From Leptospira sp. (lineage in GTDB: Bacteria; Spirochaetota; Leptospiria; Leptospirales; Leptospiraceae): a stretch of 64,000 bases of DNA. Positions within the stretch are counted from its first letter, which is position 1, and every line of letters starts with the position of its first letter. A program made the position numbers and the translations under genes. Below, one piece after another: positions 9,858-20,180 of this stretch. Under the pieces are notes generated by a model. The model had not been told where the DNA came from, did no database searches, and saw only the letters and a program-made list of their open reading frames with translations. The DNA is taken from assembly GCA_034439575.1 (NCBI GenBank), contig JAWXAQ010000035.1:1-64000 (forward strand), given 5' to 3'.

Positions 9858-10868
9858 CTAATTTTTCTTATTTTCACGTTTATTCTCATACATTCGCGAA
9901 TCAGCAATGGCTACAAGAGATTCGGGATCAATCCCATCTATTGGAAAAAAAGATATTCCTATACTTGCTTTCAAAAACAATTCTGTGGTTTCGAAATTAA
10001 TTTTTCCTTCGGTTAATCGAAGTGCGTCTAGTATAAAATTTGTAATTGCCTCAAAAGAGTCACTGCTGATCGTGATTAAAGCAAATTCATCTCCACCTAA
10101 CCTAGCGAAAATGTCTTGATCATGAATGTACTTACCAAAACGAGAAGCAAAACGGGAAATAAAAAAATCACCAGCTCGGTGCCCATAAGTGTCATTTACG
10201 GATTTCAATCCATCTAAATCAATAATGGCAAGGGAAAGAGTCAGTTTTTCAGTTTGAATCCGACTTAGTCCTCTTCTCAGGTGGTCATAAAAAGCGGATC
10301 GATTGTATATTCCAGTCAAAGCATCATGGCTTGCTAAATATGCCATGGATTGGAAAGATTTTTCCCTTTCGGCCCATCGGAAAGCATTAAATAAAAGTGC
10401 AGCCATAGTGCCTGATAACAGTTTTAAAATATTGCTAGTTTCCGTAGAATAAAAGTTAGGTTGTGAGCTAAAAACTTTTAATACGCCTAAAATTTCGGTT
10501 TCAAAATAGAGGGGAACAACTACCATTGAACGCAATCCCACTAGCCGGCACGCTTCCCTATTTACGCGTTCATCTATTTCAGAATCTTTGCATATTAAAA
10601 TTTCTTTTTTCTGTAATGATAATCCAGAAAAACTATTTGCTATTGGTAATCGTATGCCGATCAAATTTTTCGCGGCTCCACAAACGGCTCGATACACTAA
10701 ATCACCGTCCTCTACCAATTCAAATACTGAAGATTGAGACTGAGTAATTTCTTTGGCATGCATAGCAATAAGATCTAATAAAAGAGGAACATCTGGTTTC
10801 GCTGTCGTTAGCTCGGTTTGTATTTTTAAAACTTGTTCAATAGGAGATTTATCGCTAGGGATCGACAT
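9858..10868 (-). CDS. GAF-GGDEF diguanylate cyclase
   Basis: GAF domain; HDALTG, DLDGLKSVNDTYGH, ARLGGDEF. Confidence 0.92.
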   Translation of the reverse strand: MSIPSDKSPIEQVLKIQTELTTAKPDVPLLLDLIAMHAKEITQSQSSVFELVEDGDLVYRAVCGAAKNLIGIRLPIANSFSGLSLQKKEILICKDSEIDERVNREACRLVGLRSMVVVPLYFETEILGVLKVFSSQPNFYSTETSNILKLLSGTMAALLFNAFRWAEREKSFQSMAYLASHDALTGIYNRSAFYDHLRRGLSRIQTEKLTLSLAIIDLDGLKSVNDTYGHRAGDFFISRFASRFGKYIHDQDIFARLGGDEFALITISSDSFEAITNFILDALRLTEGKINFETTELFLKASIGISFFPIDGIDPESLVAIADSRMYENKRENKKN

Positions 10869-11000
10869 AGTTTTAGTGTAATTTTTAGATGTGTCCTAAA
10901 AATAATCCACTCCTTTATCTTTTTTTAGTATTCACTTCCAAGTATAGACGCAATGCGAAGCGAATTGATCTAAACTTTCCTTATAGGTGGTAGATCAATT

Positions 11001-11462
11001 ATGAAATTAGAGAAAGGAATCAGACTTGTAAAAATATTACTCACGATCGGTGCATTGGAATTCTTTGGGCCAATACTAAGGGATACAAATGTTTCTCATT
11101 TGTTAAATCCAGAATGGGTAGGCCATGCACGATTTCATTTAATGTGGAACATATCTTTATGGGGATGTTTAGGATTATACAGTATTTTTTTATTATGGAT
11201 ATCGAATTCAACAAACAAAGAAACACTTTACCATATTCTACTATTACAATTTTTAAATTCCATTGCATTTTGGAGTTCTGTCGCCTTAGGAGATTTTTAT
11301 GGGGCAGATGTGTTTGATGAAAAAATTCATGTGGGGATTCTCAATATCAATGAAAATGTTTTTGTATTCACCTGTTTGACACTTCTTACCTTAGTCAATT
11401 TTTTCTTAATTAAATTCAAACTGTCTCCACTTTATGAATTAGATAAAGAAAATTCAAAATGA
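11001..11462 (+). CDS. Small multi-TM hypothetical membrane protein
   Basis: HLLNPEW-GHARFH motif, about 4 hydrophobic segments, ATGA overlap with the next gene. Confidence 0.7.
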   Translation: MKLEKGIRLVKILLTIGALEFFGPILRDTNVSHLLNPEWVGHARFHLMWNISLWGCLGLYSIFLLWISNSTNKETLYHILLLQFLNSIAFWSSVALGDFYGADVFDEKIHVGILNINENVFVFTCLTLLTLVNFFLIKFKLSPLYELDKENSK

Positions 11463-14272
11463 ATCAGAATCTCAATACAAATGTTTTAATCAGTGGAGGC
11501 GGGCCATCAGGGATGATAGCCGCCTTATATCTTTCCAAACTAGGAATCAATAATATTCTATTGGATAGAAAACCTTCGATTCAATCACATCCAAAAGCAC
11601 ATGAAGTGAGTAGTCGATCTTTAGAAATATTACATACATTAGGTGTCAATATTGAGAAACTGATCAAAGAAGCCTCCGATTATGAAACAGCCTCTAAAAT
11701 TTTGTTTTGTAATACGATAAACGATGAAATAGGTAGGATTGATCTATCGGATCCTTCGATTCAAAATAAATACATTTCAAATGTTTCAGTACACGTTCCT
11801 TATCTCAACATATCACAAACAGAGTTGGAAAAAATTCTCCGACAAACTTTAGCGAAGGAAAAGAATACTATAATATTATTGAACCATCAATTAAATTCAT
11901 TTGAAGAGGTGGATGAATTTGTAAATGCAAGGATTGAGAATCGAGAATCAAACCAACAATTTTTAATCCAAAGCAAATATCTAATCGCAGCTGATGGTGC
12001 AAATTCACGCATTCGAAAACAATTAGGAATCAAATTAAAAGGACCAAATAAAATCCAAGATGTCGTAAATGCGTATTTTACAAATGATTTGAGTCAATTT
12101 ATAAAAACCAAAGCGAAGTTATACTGGATCTTTAATCCAAAATCAGCGGGTGTCATGATAGCACATCATCCTGAAAAAAGATGGGTCTATCATCTACCGA
12201 TAGAAACTCCGTATGAAAAAATTGAAGATTATAATGAAGCCTATTTTCAAAAAAAATTACAAATCGCAACAGGCCTTGGCGAGGACTATCAATTTAATAT
12301 TCAATCTATCAGTCATTGGCGAATGACTGCCCAAATCGCCGAAAAATTTCGCAAAGGGAACATTTTTTTAATTGGCGATGCCGCACATAGATTCCCTCCA
12401 ACGGGCGGACTTGGAATGAATTCGGGAATTGCAGATGCATTCAATTTATGTTGGAAAATAAAATCTGTGTTATGTGAAGAATCTGCCGATTCAATTTTGG
12501 ATAGTTATGAGACAGAAAGAATGCCTATCGTTGTCGCTAACTGTAAGGAAAGTAAATTCAATTGGGAAAAAATATTAGAAGTACCGGCAAGCCTGGGTTT
12601 AAATGTGAAGATAGGAACATTATGTACTCGTATTTTATATTCTATCCCAAATATAATATTGCCATTTCATCTTAAAAATTACTTACGAAGTAGAATTGAA
12701 ATTTTTGCTGAAAAACAAATGAATTCTAAAAGACAGAATACGAAGGCAACTCTTATCACCAAACATAAAATTAATGAACAAATTCAACATTTTGATCGTA
12801 TTGGACTGGATTTAGGGTATAGTTATGTCCAAAATCTAGAGACTAATAAAGGTAAACAGAGGTTAAATATAGATTCTTATGAACCGGAAATTTGTATAGG
12901 GAAAAGGTTTCCTCACTTCTTTTTGGATCCAAAAATCAAAAAACATTCTAGCCACTCTCTTTTGTCTCCTACGCAATTTACACTCATCATTTTTGAAGAG
13001 TCGCCTTATAAAAAAATTGTTTTGGAACTAGAAAAAGAAATGGGAAAAAAATCAATTTTATCTGTAAAAATGATCAAGGCAAACGAATTAGAAATAGATA
13101 CTTTACAAAAATTGAAAGTAAATATATCAAGTTTAATTCTTGTTAGGCCAGACGGCCATGTTTTTGGATTATCTGACGAGTTTGAAGAACCATCGTCTGT
13201 AAAATTTGTTCTAAAAAATTGGATGTTTCAAATTGCTAAAGGAGTAAATATAATGAATCAAATTCCATCTATGAAAAATAAGGTTAACAAGGATAATAAA
13301 ATGTTTATAGGAATCGGAATATTATTTTTAACAATCACTTTGTTTGTTTTTTATCTTTTTCGGCCCTTAGCCATGACACCTACCCCAGCTCAATTTGATT
13401 TGGTAGAACTTTCAGAAGGAACGATACATACATTTTCCCCTAAACCAAATTTGATATATGGAATGGGTTTAGTATATGCGAATCATATTGCAGAAACCGC
13501 AAACAATTTTGATCCAAACATTTCCCCACCCATATTTTTAAAACATAAAAGAACTTTAGTTAGTTCAGAAAAAGAAATCTTGCTACCAAATAAAGATCAG
13601 CTTCTGTCAGACCTTTTTGCTTTTGAACCAGAATTAAAGAATGATCATAGATTATCCAATGTAGAAATTCCTGCACTTCTCGACTATGAAGTAGAATTGG
13701 GATTTGTACTTTTGGAAGATATCAATCCTGATAGTTTATTTGATTTAAATTTTTCACCTAAAATTGGATTTTTTATAGCCAATGATTTATCTGCACGCAC
13801 CTTGGCCGTGTTTGGTGAAGGTAAAAACAATCGAGCAGAGTATTGGGGTGTTTCAAAAAGTTTCGAAGGATTTTTACCGATCTCATCCTCTTATTGGATC
13901 CCAAAATCATTTAAACCAAATTTGTTGCCAAACATTGAACTAGAAACGTATGTGAATGGAGAATTACGTCAGAAAGAAAAAGTTTCTAATATGATTTATA
14001 CTCCCAAAGAAATGTTACAGTGGATTCATAAGAAGTATCCCTCAAATGCATTGAAAAAAGGAGACATGATCATCACAGGTACTCCAGGGGGAGTGGCCAT
14101 GACAGCCCCAAGATTCCTTTCACGACTATTGGAATTATTGAATGTAGATCGATTTACAAAACTGAAATTGGTTTTGAAGAAGGATAATTCGAAATTTCTC
14201 AAAGGTGGCGATGAAGTATTGGTAAAAGGCTTAGGTCTCGCTGAAATTAAAAGTAAAATTATCGAAAAATAA
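11459..14272 (+). CDS. FAD-dependent monooxygenase fused to a TM segment and a fumarylacetoacetate hydrolase (FAH) family domain
   Basis: GGGPSG, AADGANS, GDAAHRFPPTGGLGMN, LVRPDGHV; then LDYEVELG, ANDLSAR, GDMIITGTPGGV. Confidence 0.85.
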   Translation: MNQNLNTNVLISGGGPSGMIAALYLSKLGINNILLDRKPSIQSHPKAHEVSSRSLEILHTLGVNIEKLIKEASDYETASKILFCNTINDEIGRIDLSDPSIQNKYISNVSVHVPYLNISQTELEKILRQTLAKEKNTIILLNHQLNSFEEVDEFVNARIENRESNQQFLIQSKYLIAADGANSRIRKQLGIKLKGPNKIQDVVNAYFTNDLSQFIKTKAKLYWIFNPKSAGVMIAHHPEKRWVYHLPIETPYEKIEDYNEAYFQKKLQIATGLGEDYQFNIQSISHWRMTAQIAEKFRKGNIFLIGDAAHRFPPTGGLGMNSGIADAFNLCWKIKSVLCEESADSILDSYETERMPIVVANCKESKFNWEKILEVPASLGLNVKIGTLCTRILYSIPNIILPFHLKNYLRSRIEIFAEKQMNSKRQNTKATLITKHKINEQIQHFDRIGLDLGYSYVQNLETNKGKQRLNIDSYEPEICIGKRFPHFFLDPKIKKHSSHSLLSPTQFTLIIFEESPYKKIVLELEKEMGKKSILSVKMIKANELEIDTLQKLKVNISSLILVRPDGHVFGLSDEFEEPSSVKFVLKNWMFQIAKGVNIMNQIPSMKNKVNKDNKMFIGIGILFLTITLFVFYLFRPLAMTPTPAQFDLVELSEGTIHTFSPKPNLIYGMGLVYANHIAETANNFDPNISPPIFLKHKRTLVSSEKEILLPNKDQLLSDLFAFEPELKNDHRLSNVEIPALLDYEVELGFVLLEDINPDSLFDLNFSPKIGFFIANDLSARTLAVFGEGKNNRAEYWGVSKSFEGFLPISSSYWIPKSFKPNLLPNIELETYVNGELRQKEKVSNMIYTPKEMLQWIHKKYPSNALKKGDMIITGTPGGVAMTAPRFLSRLLELLNVDRFTKLKLVLKKDNSKFLKGGDEVLVKGLGLAEIKSKIIEK

Positions 14273-14377
14273 TAGTACACTTAATTTACTAATGTAATAT
14301 CTCCTACTCATTTTTTTATGGAATGAAATCGTCTTTAAACGATAACATTGTCTAAAAATTTGTAGGAGTGTTGCCCT

Positions 14378-15622
14378 TTGGAAAAAATTGCAGGAAAGAT
14401 TGTTACCCATAATGAGGAATTCGAAGGAACAATTACTTTTGATCAAACATCGGGCTTAATTATTTCTGTAGAAAAACATATTGATCCTCAGGCCAAAAAG
14501 TATTCGGATGATTGTGTTATTTTTCCGGGATTTGGCGATATCCATATTCATGCCAGGGAAGATGTTTCCGGAAAACATACCTACAAGGAAGATTTTATTT
14601 CTGCGGGGAATGCTGCCATCAATGGTGGTGTTGTCCATGTGGCAGACATGCCAAATAACCCGATTCCACCAATTAATGATTCATCATATTCTGATAAACT
14701 ACTACTTACTCAAAAATCTCCTATCCATATCACTCTGTATGCGGGCATTGGACCAAATACATATCCATTAAGCAAAAAAGTTCCCTATAAGGTTTTTATG
14801 GGGCCTTCAATTGGTGAACTTTTTTTTGAAGATAATGCGAGTCTTGAAAAAGTGATAGAGAAATACAAAGGTCAAGATGTCAGTTTTCATTGTGAAGATC
14901 CGGAGATACTAACAGCAAATAAAGATAAATCCACTCACGAAGAAAGAAGGCCGAAAGAAGCGGAGACCATCGCAACGGACTTTGCATTGATGTTGATAGA
15001 AAAGTACAATTTAAAAGGCAAGTTATGCCATTATTCCACCAAAGATGGCCTTCAAAAAATAATTGCAGCAAAAAAACGTGGAATCAATGTTACATGCGAA
15101 GTCACACCTACCCATTTAATGTTTGATACAGAGATGTTGACAGAAGAAAATTATCGTTGGTTTCAAATGAACCCTCCCCTTCGTGGGAAAGAAGATAGAT
15201 TGGCAATGTTACAAGGTATCCTTGATGGTCACATTGATTTTCTGGCCACAGATCATGCGCCTCATAGTATCGAAGAAAAGAAAAAAGGGATCAGTGGCAT
15301 CTCTCAATTGGACACCTATGCCCTTTTTGTAACCTATATGATCAACTCATTAGGGATTCCCTTACGCACTATAGCAAAAATTTGTGCAAAGAATCCAGGG
15401 GATTTTGTAGCACCTTATTTAGATAAAAAATTTGGGAAAGGATTCGGCGAAATTAATCCTGGTTATGCGGCAAATTTTTCTATTTTAAATTTAAAAAAGC
15501 CTTTTGTCTTTGAGCGCAAGATGATAAAAAGTAAATCGGGTTGGTCTCCCTTTGAAGGATTCGCTTTTCCGGGATCCATTGAGACTGTTTACTTTTTAGG
15601 CAAGGAATTGCATGCGAAATGA
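14378..15622 (+). CDS. pyrC: Dihydroorotase-like amidohydrolase
   Basis: DIHIHAR, DMPNN, EVTPTHL, MNPPLR, ATDHAPH, WSPFEG. Confidence 0.75.
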   Translation: MEKIAGKIVTHNEEFEGTITFDQTSGLIISVEKHIDPQAKKYSDDCVIFPGFGDIHIHAREDVSGKHTYKEDFISAGNAAINGGVVHVADMPNNPIPPINDSSYSDKLLLTQKSPIHITLYAGIGPNTYPLSKKVPYKVFMGPSIGELFFEDNASLEKVIEKYKGQDVSFHCEDPEILTANKDKSTHEERRPKEAETIATDFALMLIEKYNLKGKLCHYSTKDGLQKIIAAKKRGINVTCEVTPTHLMFDTEMLTEENYRWFQMNPPLRGKEDRLAMLQGILDGHIDFLATDHAPHSIEEKKKGISGISQLDTYALFVTYMINSLGIPLRTIAKICAKNPGDFVAPYLDKKFGKGFGEINPGYAANFSILNLKKPFVFERKMIKSKSGWSPFEGFAFPGSIETVYFLGKELHAK

Positions 15623-17684
15623 CGAACCATCTAAAGGAATAGATACGTCCGCTTATCCCCTTCTGAAACAATTTCCGGATAGTTTTCAGATTTTTAATTG
15701 GGAAGGGGAATTTATCTCAGTTACAGAACGCTTTTGTCATTTATTAGAGTATTCTGAAAAAGAAATACTCGGTAAAAAATTAATTCACTTCATTCCTGAA
15801 GACGATCATGACCAACCTCTCGAAGCGCTGAATGATATGCGTCTTCGTAAAACCATTGCCAATTTTGAAACTAGGCTTCAAACAAAAAGCAAAGAAGATG
15901 TTTTGATCATGTGGATCGCGATTCCTTTATTCGAATCAAATGTAATCTTAGCTATTGATCGGGACATTACGATTCAACGAGATATCTCGTATGAATTTAT
16001 GCTCCAACAACAAAAGTATAAATCAATTTTTGACAATCTCCCTATGGGCATAGCCATAACCGATGACAAAGGACGCATCATTGAAACAAATCGGACAGCT
16101 AGAGTTTATTTTGATATTCGGGAAGGCGAAACATTAAATCGTACACTCAATTTGAGAAAGTACACCATGATCCAACCAAACGGTAGCAAGGTGTACCCTA
16201 GAAAATCCAGTCTAATGCGCGCTTTACGAAATAGAGAAGTGATTCGTGATATGGAACTTGGATTGATTAAACAAAACTCGATTATATGGTTTGAGATTTT
16301 AGCTACACCTATTCCTATAGAAGGATTTGGTTTGGCTGTGGCTTTTGTTGATATCACAAAACGAAAAGCGGCAGAAGAACAAATTGCCTATATGGCATTT
16401 TTTGACCAACTAACAAATCTTCCGAATAGAAATTCACTAATAGACAAATTATTTCCTATTTTTGAAGAAGCAAGACGCCACGGAAATTTAGTCGGTATAC
16501 TCGTTTTGGATTTAGATAATTTCAAAGTTTTTAATGATTCTCGCGGACATGAATTTGGTGATAAAATATTAAAACTGATTGCTTATAGAATTCGTGAAAG
16601 TATCCGAACATACGATCTTATCTCTAGACAAGGTGGTGATGAATTTACGATCGCCTTACCAGATTTAAACGACGAGAAGGAAGCGGCCATTATCGCAGAA
16701 AGCATATTAGATGCGATGAACCATCCTTTTCATATCGATGGTGAAAAGATTTTTGTAAACGTATCCATTGGCATTTCTCTTTACCCAAATGATGGAAAAG
16801 ACGCAAATACTTTGATAAAGAATGCAGACAGTGCATTACACCTTGCGAAACAACAGGGAAAAAGTTGTTATGTTTTCTTTAAAGAAGAATTGCAAATCAT
16901 TGTCGCCGAGAGATTGGATCTTGAAAATAAATTGAGAGTGGCACTCATCGAAGATCACTTAAGTTTAGTATTCCAACCAAAAATCGATCTCAAGACTTAT
17001 AAACCTGTCGGCGTTGAAGCTCTACTTCGATGGAACCATCCTACAAGAGGTATGGTTCCTCCAGATGTTTTTATTCCTATAGCTGAAGAAACAGGAATGA
17101 TCATTCCGATCGGCGAATGGGTTTTAAAAAAATCGATTCAAATGTTAAAATCATGGAATGATGCTGGGATCAAAAATTTGACGATGGCCGTAAATATATC
17201 CACCAAACAATTTAAACATGAAAGACTAATATCCGTTATATCAGAAAACTTAAGCAATTCAAATATTGATCCTAGACTTTTGGAAGTTGAGATCACGGAA
17301 AGTTCCCTAATGGATGATGCCGCAGTTGCTGTGAAAACGTTGCAACAAATCCGGGCGCTTGGTGTCACGATTGCCATTGATGATTTTGGAACAGGTTATA
17401 GTTCTTTAGGGTACCTACGAAAATTTCCAATTTCCTGTCTAAAAATTGACCGTTCTTTCGTGGCTGAAATTTCAACGGACAAAGATTCAGATACGATAGT
17501 TCATGCTGTTTCCAATTTAGCGCATAACCTCGGCATGAGTGTCGTTGCGGAAGGTGCCGAAACGCTGGACCAAGTGGAGCTTTTGTTAGCCAGTGGCATC
17601 GATAGCATCCAAGGATTCTATTTTTCAAGACCCTTATCGCCTACGGATTGCCTAAATTTTCTTAAAGATAAACTAGGAATTTGA
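15612..17684 (+). CDS. PAS-PAS-GGDEF-EAL c-di-GMP signalling protein
   Basis: Two PAS-like regions, QGGDEF, VEALLRW, DDFGTGYSS. Confidence 0.92.
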   Translation: MRNDEPSKGIDTSAYPLLKQFPDSFQIFNWEGEFISVTERFCHLLEYSEKEILGKKLIHFIPEDDHDQPLEALNDMRLRKTIANFETRLQTKSKEDVLIMWIAIPLFESNVILAIDRDITIQRDISYEFMLQQQKYKSIFDNLPMGIAITDDKGRIIETNRTARVYFDIREGETLNRTLNLRKYTMIQPNGSKVYPRKSSLMRALRNREVIRDMELGLIKQNSIIWFEILATPIPIEGFGLAVAFVDITKRKAAEEQIAYMAFFDQLTNLPNRNSLIDKLFPIFEEARRHGNLVGILVLDLDNFKVFNDSRGHEFGDKILKLIAYRIRESIRTYDLISRQGGDEFTIALPDLNDEKEAAIIAESILDAMNHPFHIDGEKIFVNVSIGISLYPNDGKDANTLIKNADSALHLAKQQGKSCYVFFKEELQIIVAERLDLENKLRVALIEDHLSLVFQPKIDLKTYKPVGVEALLRWNHPTRGMVPPDVFIPIAEETGMIIPIGEWVLKKSIQMLKSWNDAGIKNLTMAVNISTKQFKHERLISVISENLSNSNIDPRLLEVEITESSLMDDAAVAVKTLQQIRALGVTIAIDDFGTGYSSLGYLRKFPISCLKIDRSFVAEISTDKDSDTIVHAVSNLAHNLGMSVVAEGAETLDQVELLLASGIDSIQGFYFSRPLSPTDCLNFLKDKLGI

Positions 17685-17731
17685 GATTGACCGAAGCCAA
17701 GGTTGTCTTTTTCTACACTTAAGGATTACGC

Positions 17732-20134
17732 TTGAAACTTTCTGTACATTGGCTAAATGATTTCATAAATTTGAATTCCCTTCCGTTTACGACGGTCGTT
17801 GAAAAAATAAATACTTCCATTTGTGAAATTGACGATATCGAAGAGTATCAACATCATCTAACAAAAGTCATTACCGTTAAGGTTCTCTCGATTTCAAAAC
17901 ATCCAAATGCAGAAAAACTATCTATAACAACTTGTACTGATGGTAAAAAAAATTACCAAATAGTAACAGGTGCGACAAACATTAATATAGGTGGCATTGT
18001 TCCTCTGGCACTTCCTGGCACCAAAATCGATGGTAAAGAAATTTTATCTTCCGAACTTCGTGGAGTTCCTTCAGAAGGAATGTATTGTTCTGAAAAAGAA
18101 TTGGGCATAGCACTTGAATCAAGTGGGGTACTAATCCTACCTACTGATACCGAATTAGGGATTGGTATCCGCCAATTTTTTGGTTGGGATGATACCATTA
18201 TTACTATCGATAATAAATCGATCACACATAGGCCAGACCTATGGAGTCATTTTGGATTTGCGAGAGAACTGGCCTCCCAATTACAGATACCCATCACCTT
18301 CAATCCGTTAAATGTTTTAGGTGACTTTGAAAATTCTGATGGAGGCCTGAAAGTTTCCCAAAATAAAAATGCCCATGCTTATTTTGTAACTTCAATCCAG
18401 AACGTTAAAGTTACTAATTCTACACAAAAGATTCAATCTCGGCTTCAAAAATGTGGAATACGCGCGATCAATAATGTCGTTGATGTTTCTAATTATCTCC
18501 TACTCGAAGTTGGTCAACCTACACATTTTTTTGATCGCGATAAACTCAAAAGCAATGATTTTTCAGTTACTTTTGCTAAAAAAGAAGAATCATTTCTGCT
18601 TCTTGATGATTCAAGTCCAAAGCTAACTGATGATATATTATTAATTCGCAATGGAATGGAACCAGTTGCCATTGCTGGTGTCATGGGTGGCAAAGATAGT
18701 GCGGTTAGTTCTGAAACAAAAAATTTAGTTTTGGAATCTGCGATTTTCCAAAGAGAAGATGTAAGAAAGTCCATCCGAAAATCAGGCATTCGTTCTGAAT
18801 CCGCTGTGCGTTATGAAAAGGGTCTAGACTCATCGACTTGTTTGCCTGTGATTCATAGAGCATTGCAGTTGTTAAATGAAAACAATATAACCGGCGTCAA
18901 ATGTCATATCCCGCAAGGATTCAATCATACTTCTGAAAAAAAAGTTCTAATACTTACGACTTTAGAATTTCTATCCAAAAAATTGGGCAAAGAAATCTCA
19001 TTTGAAGAATTAAGTTCCATACTTACGCGACTTGGTTTCAAAATTGAATCGAAAGATACAAAATCAATCATTGTAGAAGTCCCAAAATTTCGCCATAATT
19101 ATGATGTGACAATCGAAGAAGATTTAGTTGAAGAAATAGGTAGGACGATAGGTTATGCCTCCATTCCTATTAAACCTATCTCTCTTGCTGTAGAAACGCC
19201 TATACGAAATCCACTTAGAGAGCTGGAAAGAAAAATTAAAAATATTTTTTCTTCCGAATTATCATTTCACGAAGTTTACAACTATTCCTTTTCATCACCA
19301 AAAGATGCGCTGATGGAAGGAGAAAGCCGAGGGACAGTTCTCGGAATCGCAAATGAAATGCCAGAAGAGCATTCAGTACTACGTGTTAGTTTGCTTCCTG
19401 GATTGATTCGGCAAGCCGTTTCCAACCAAGATCGTTTCGAAACGGTAAATTTATTTGAGATTGGCAGAACTTATCACAAACTCGGAAAAAAAGAAGAATT
19501 AGCTACCGAGAAACGCTGGTTATCTTTTATTTCTTTATCAAAAGCCAAACCAAATGAAATTACAAATATTGAAACTGAATTAGTCACATTACGAAAAAAT
19601 ATTCAAGATATTTTCATTTCGCTCAATCTGCAAAATTGTTTTTGGGAAAAAGCTAACATATCTTATTTGCATCCAAACGCTGCTTTGGCACTAAAGATAG
19701 GATCAGTTACAATTTGTGAATTTGGACTTCTACATTCGCGTTTTGCCGACGAGATGAATCTCAAAAAACGAGCATTTGTTGGTAAAATTGATCTACTCCA
19801 ATTGGTGGATATTTGGGAAAAAGAAAGTCGGAAGAGTCATTTCAAAACTCCTTCTTTATACCCACAAGGTCAATTGGACTTATCCATACTTTTGGCGGAA
19901 ACCGCTCCTACGGAACCATTTTTGAATTTAGTCCAAAATCTGCAAATTCCGGAATTAGAAGAGGGATTCGTTCAAACTATATTTAGGGGCGATTCATTAG
20001 GTTCTGATAAAAAATCTGTCACCTATCGATTTAAACTTATGTCGTATGGAAAAACCTTCACTCAGGATCGCTTCAAAGAACTATCGGACTCGCTTGTCCA
20101 ATTGGCCAAAGATTCTGGTTATCAAATCCGATAA
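17732..20134 (+). CDS. pheT: Phenylalanine--tRNA ligase beta subunit
   Basis: KHPNAEKL, THRPDL, NNVVDVSNY, AIAGVMGG, EEDLVEEIGR. Confidence 0.95.
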   Translation: MKLSVHWLNDFINLNSLPFTTVVEKINTSICEIDDIEEYQHHLTKVITVKVLSISKHPNAEKLSITTCTDGKKNYQIVTGATNINIGGIVPLALPGTKIDGKEILSSELRGVPSEGMYCSEKELGIALESSGVLILPTDTELGIGIRQFFGWDDTIITIDNKSITHRPDLWSHFGFARELASQLQIPITFNPLNVLGDFENSDGGLKVSQNKNAHAYFVTSIQNVKVTNSTQKIQSRLQKCGIRAINNVVDVSNYLLLEVGQPTHFFDRDKLKSNDFSVTFAKKEESFLLLDDSSPKLTDDILLIRNGMEPVAIAGVMGGKDSAVSSETKNLVLESAIFQREDVRKSIRKSGIRSESAVRYEKGLDSSTCLPVIHRALQLLNENNITGVKCHIPQGFNHTSEKKVLILTTLEFLSKKLGKEISFEELSSILTRLGFKIESKDTKSIIVEVPKFRHNYDVTIEEDLVEEIGRTIGYASIPIKPISLAVETPIRNPLRELERKIKNIFSSELSFHEVYNYSFSSPKDALMEGESRGTVLGIANEMPEEHSVLRVSLLPGLIRQAVSNQDRFETVNLFEIGRTYHKLGKKEELATEKRWLSFISLSKAKPNEITNIETELVTLRKNIQDIFISLNLQNCFWEKANISYLHPNAALALKIGSVTICEFGLLHSRFADEMNLKKRAFVGKIDLLQLVDIWEKESRKSHFKTPSLYPQGQLDLSILLAETAPTEPFLNLVQNLQIPELEEGFVQTIFRGDSLGSDKKSVTYRFKLMSYGKTFTQDRFKELSDSLVQLAKDSGYQIR

Positions 20135-20180
20135 ATAGTTTTTGACAACATAAGATTTTTTCATTAAATCTAGATGGCTT

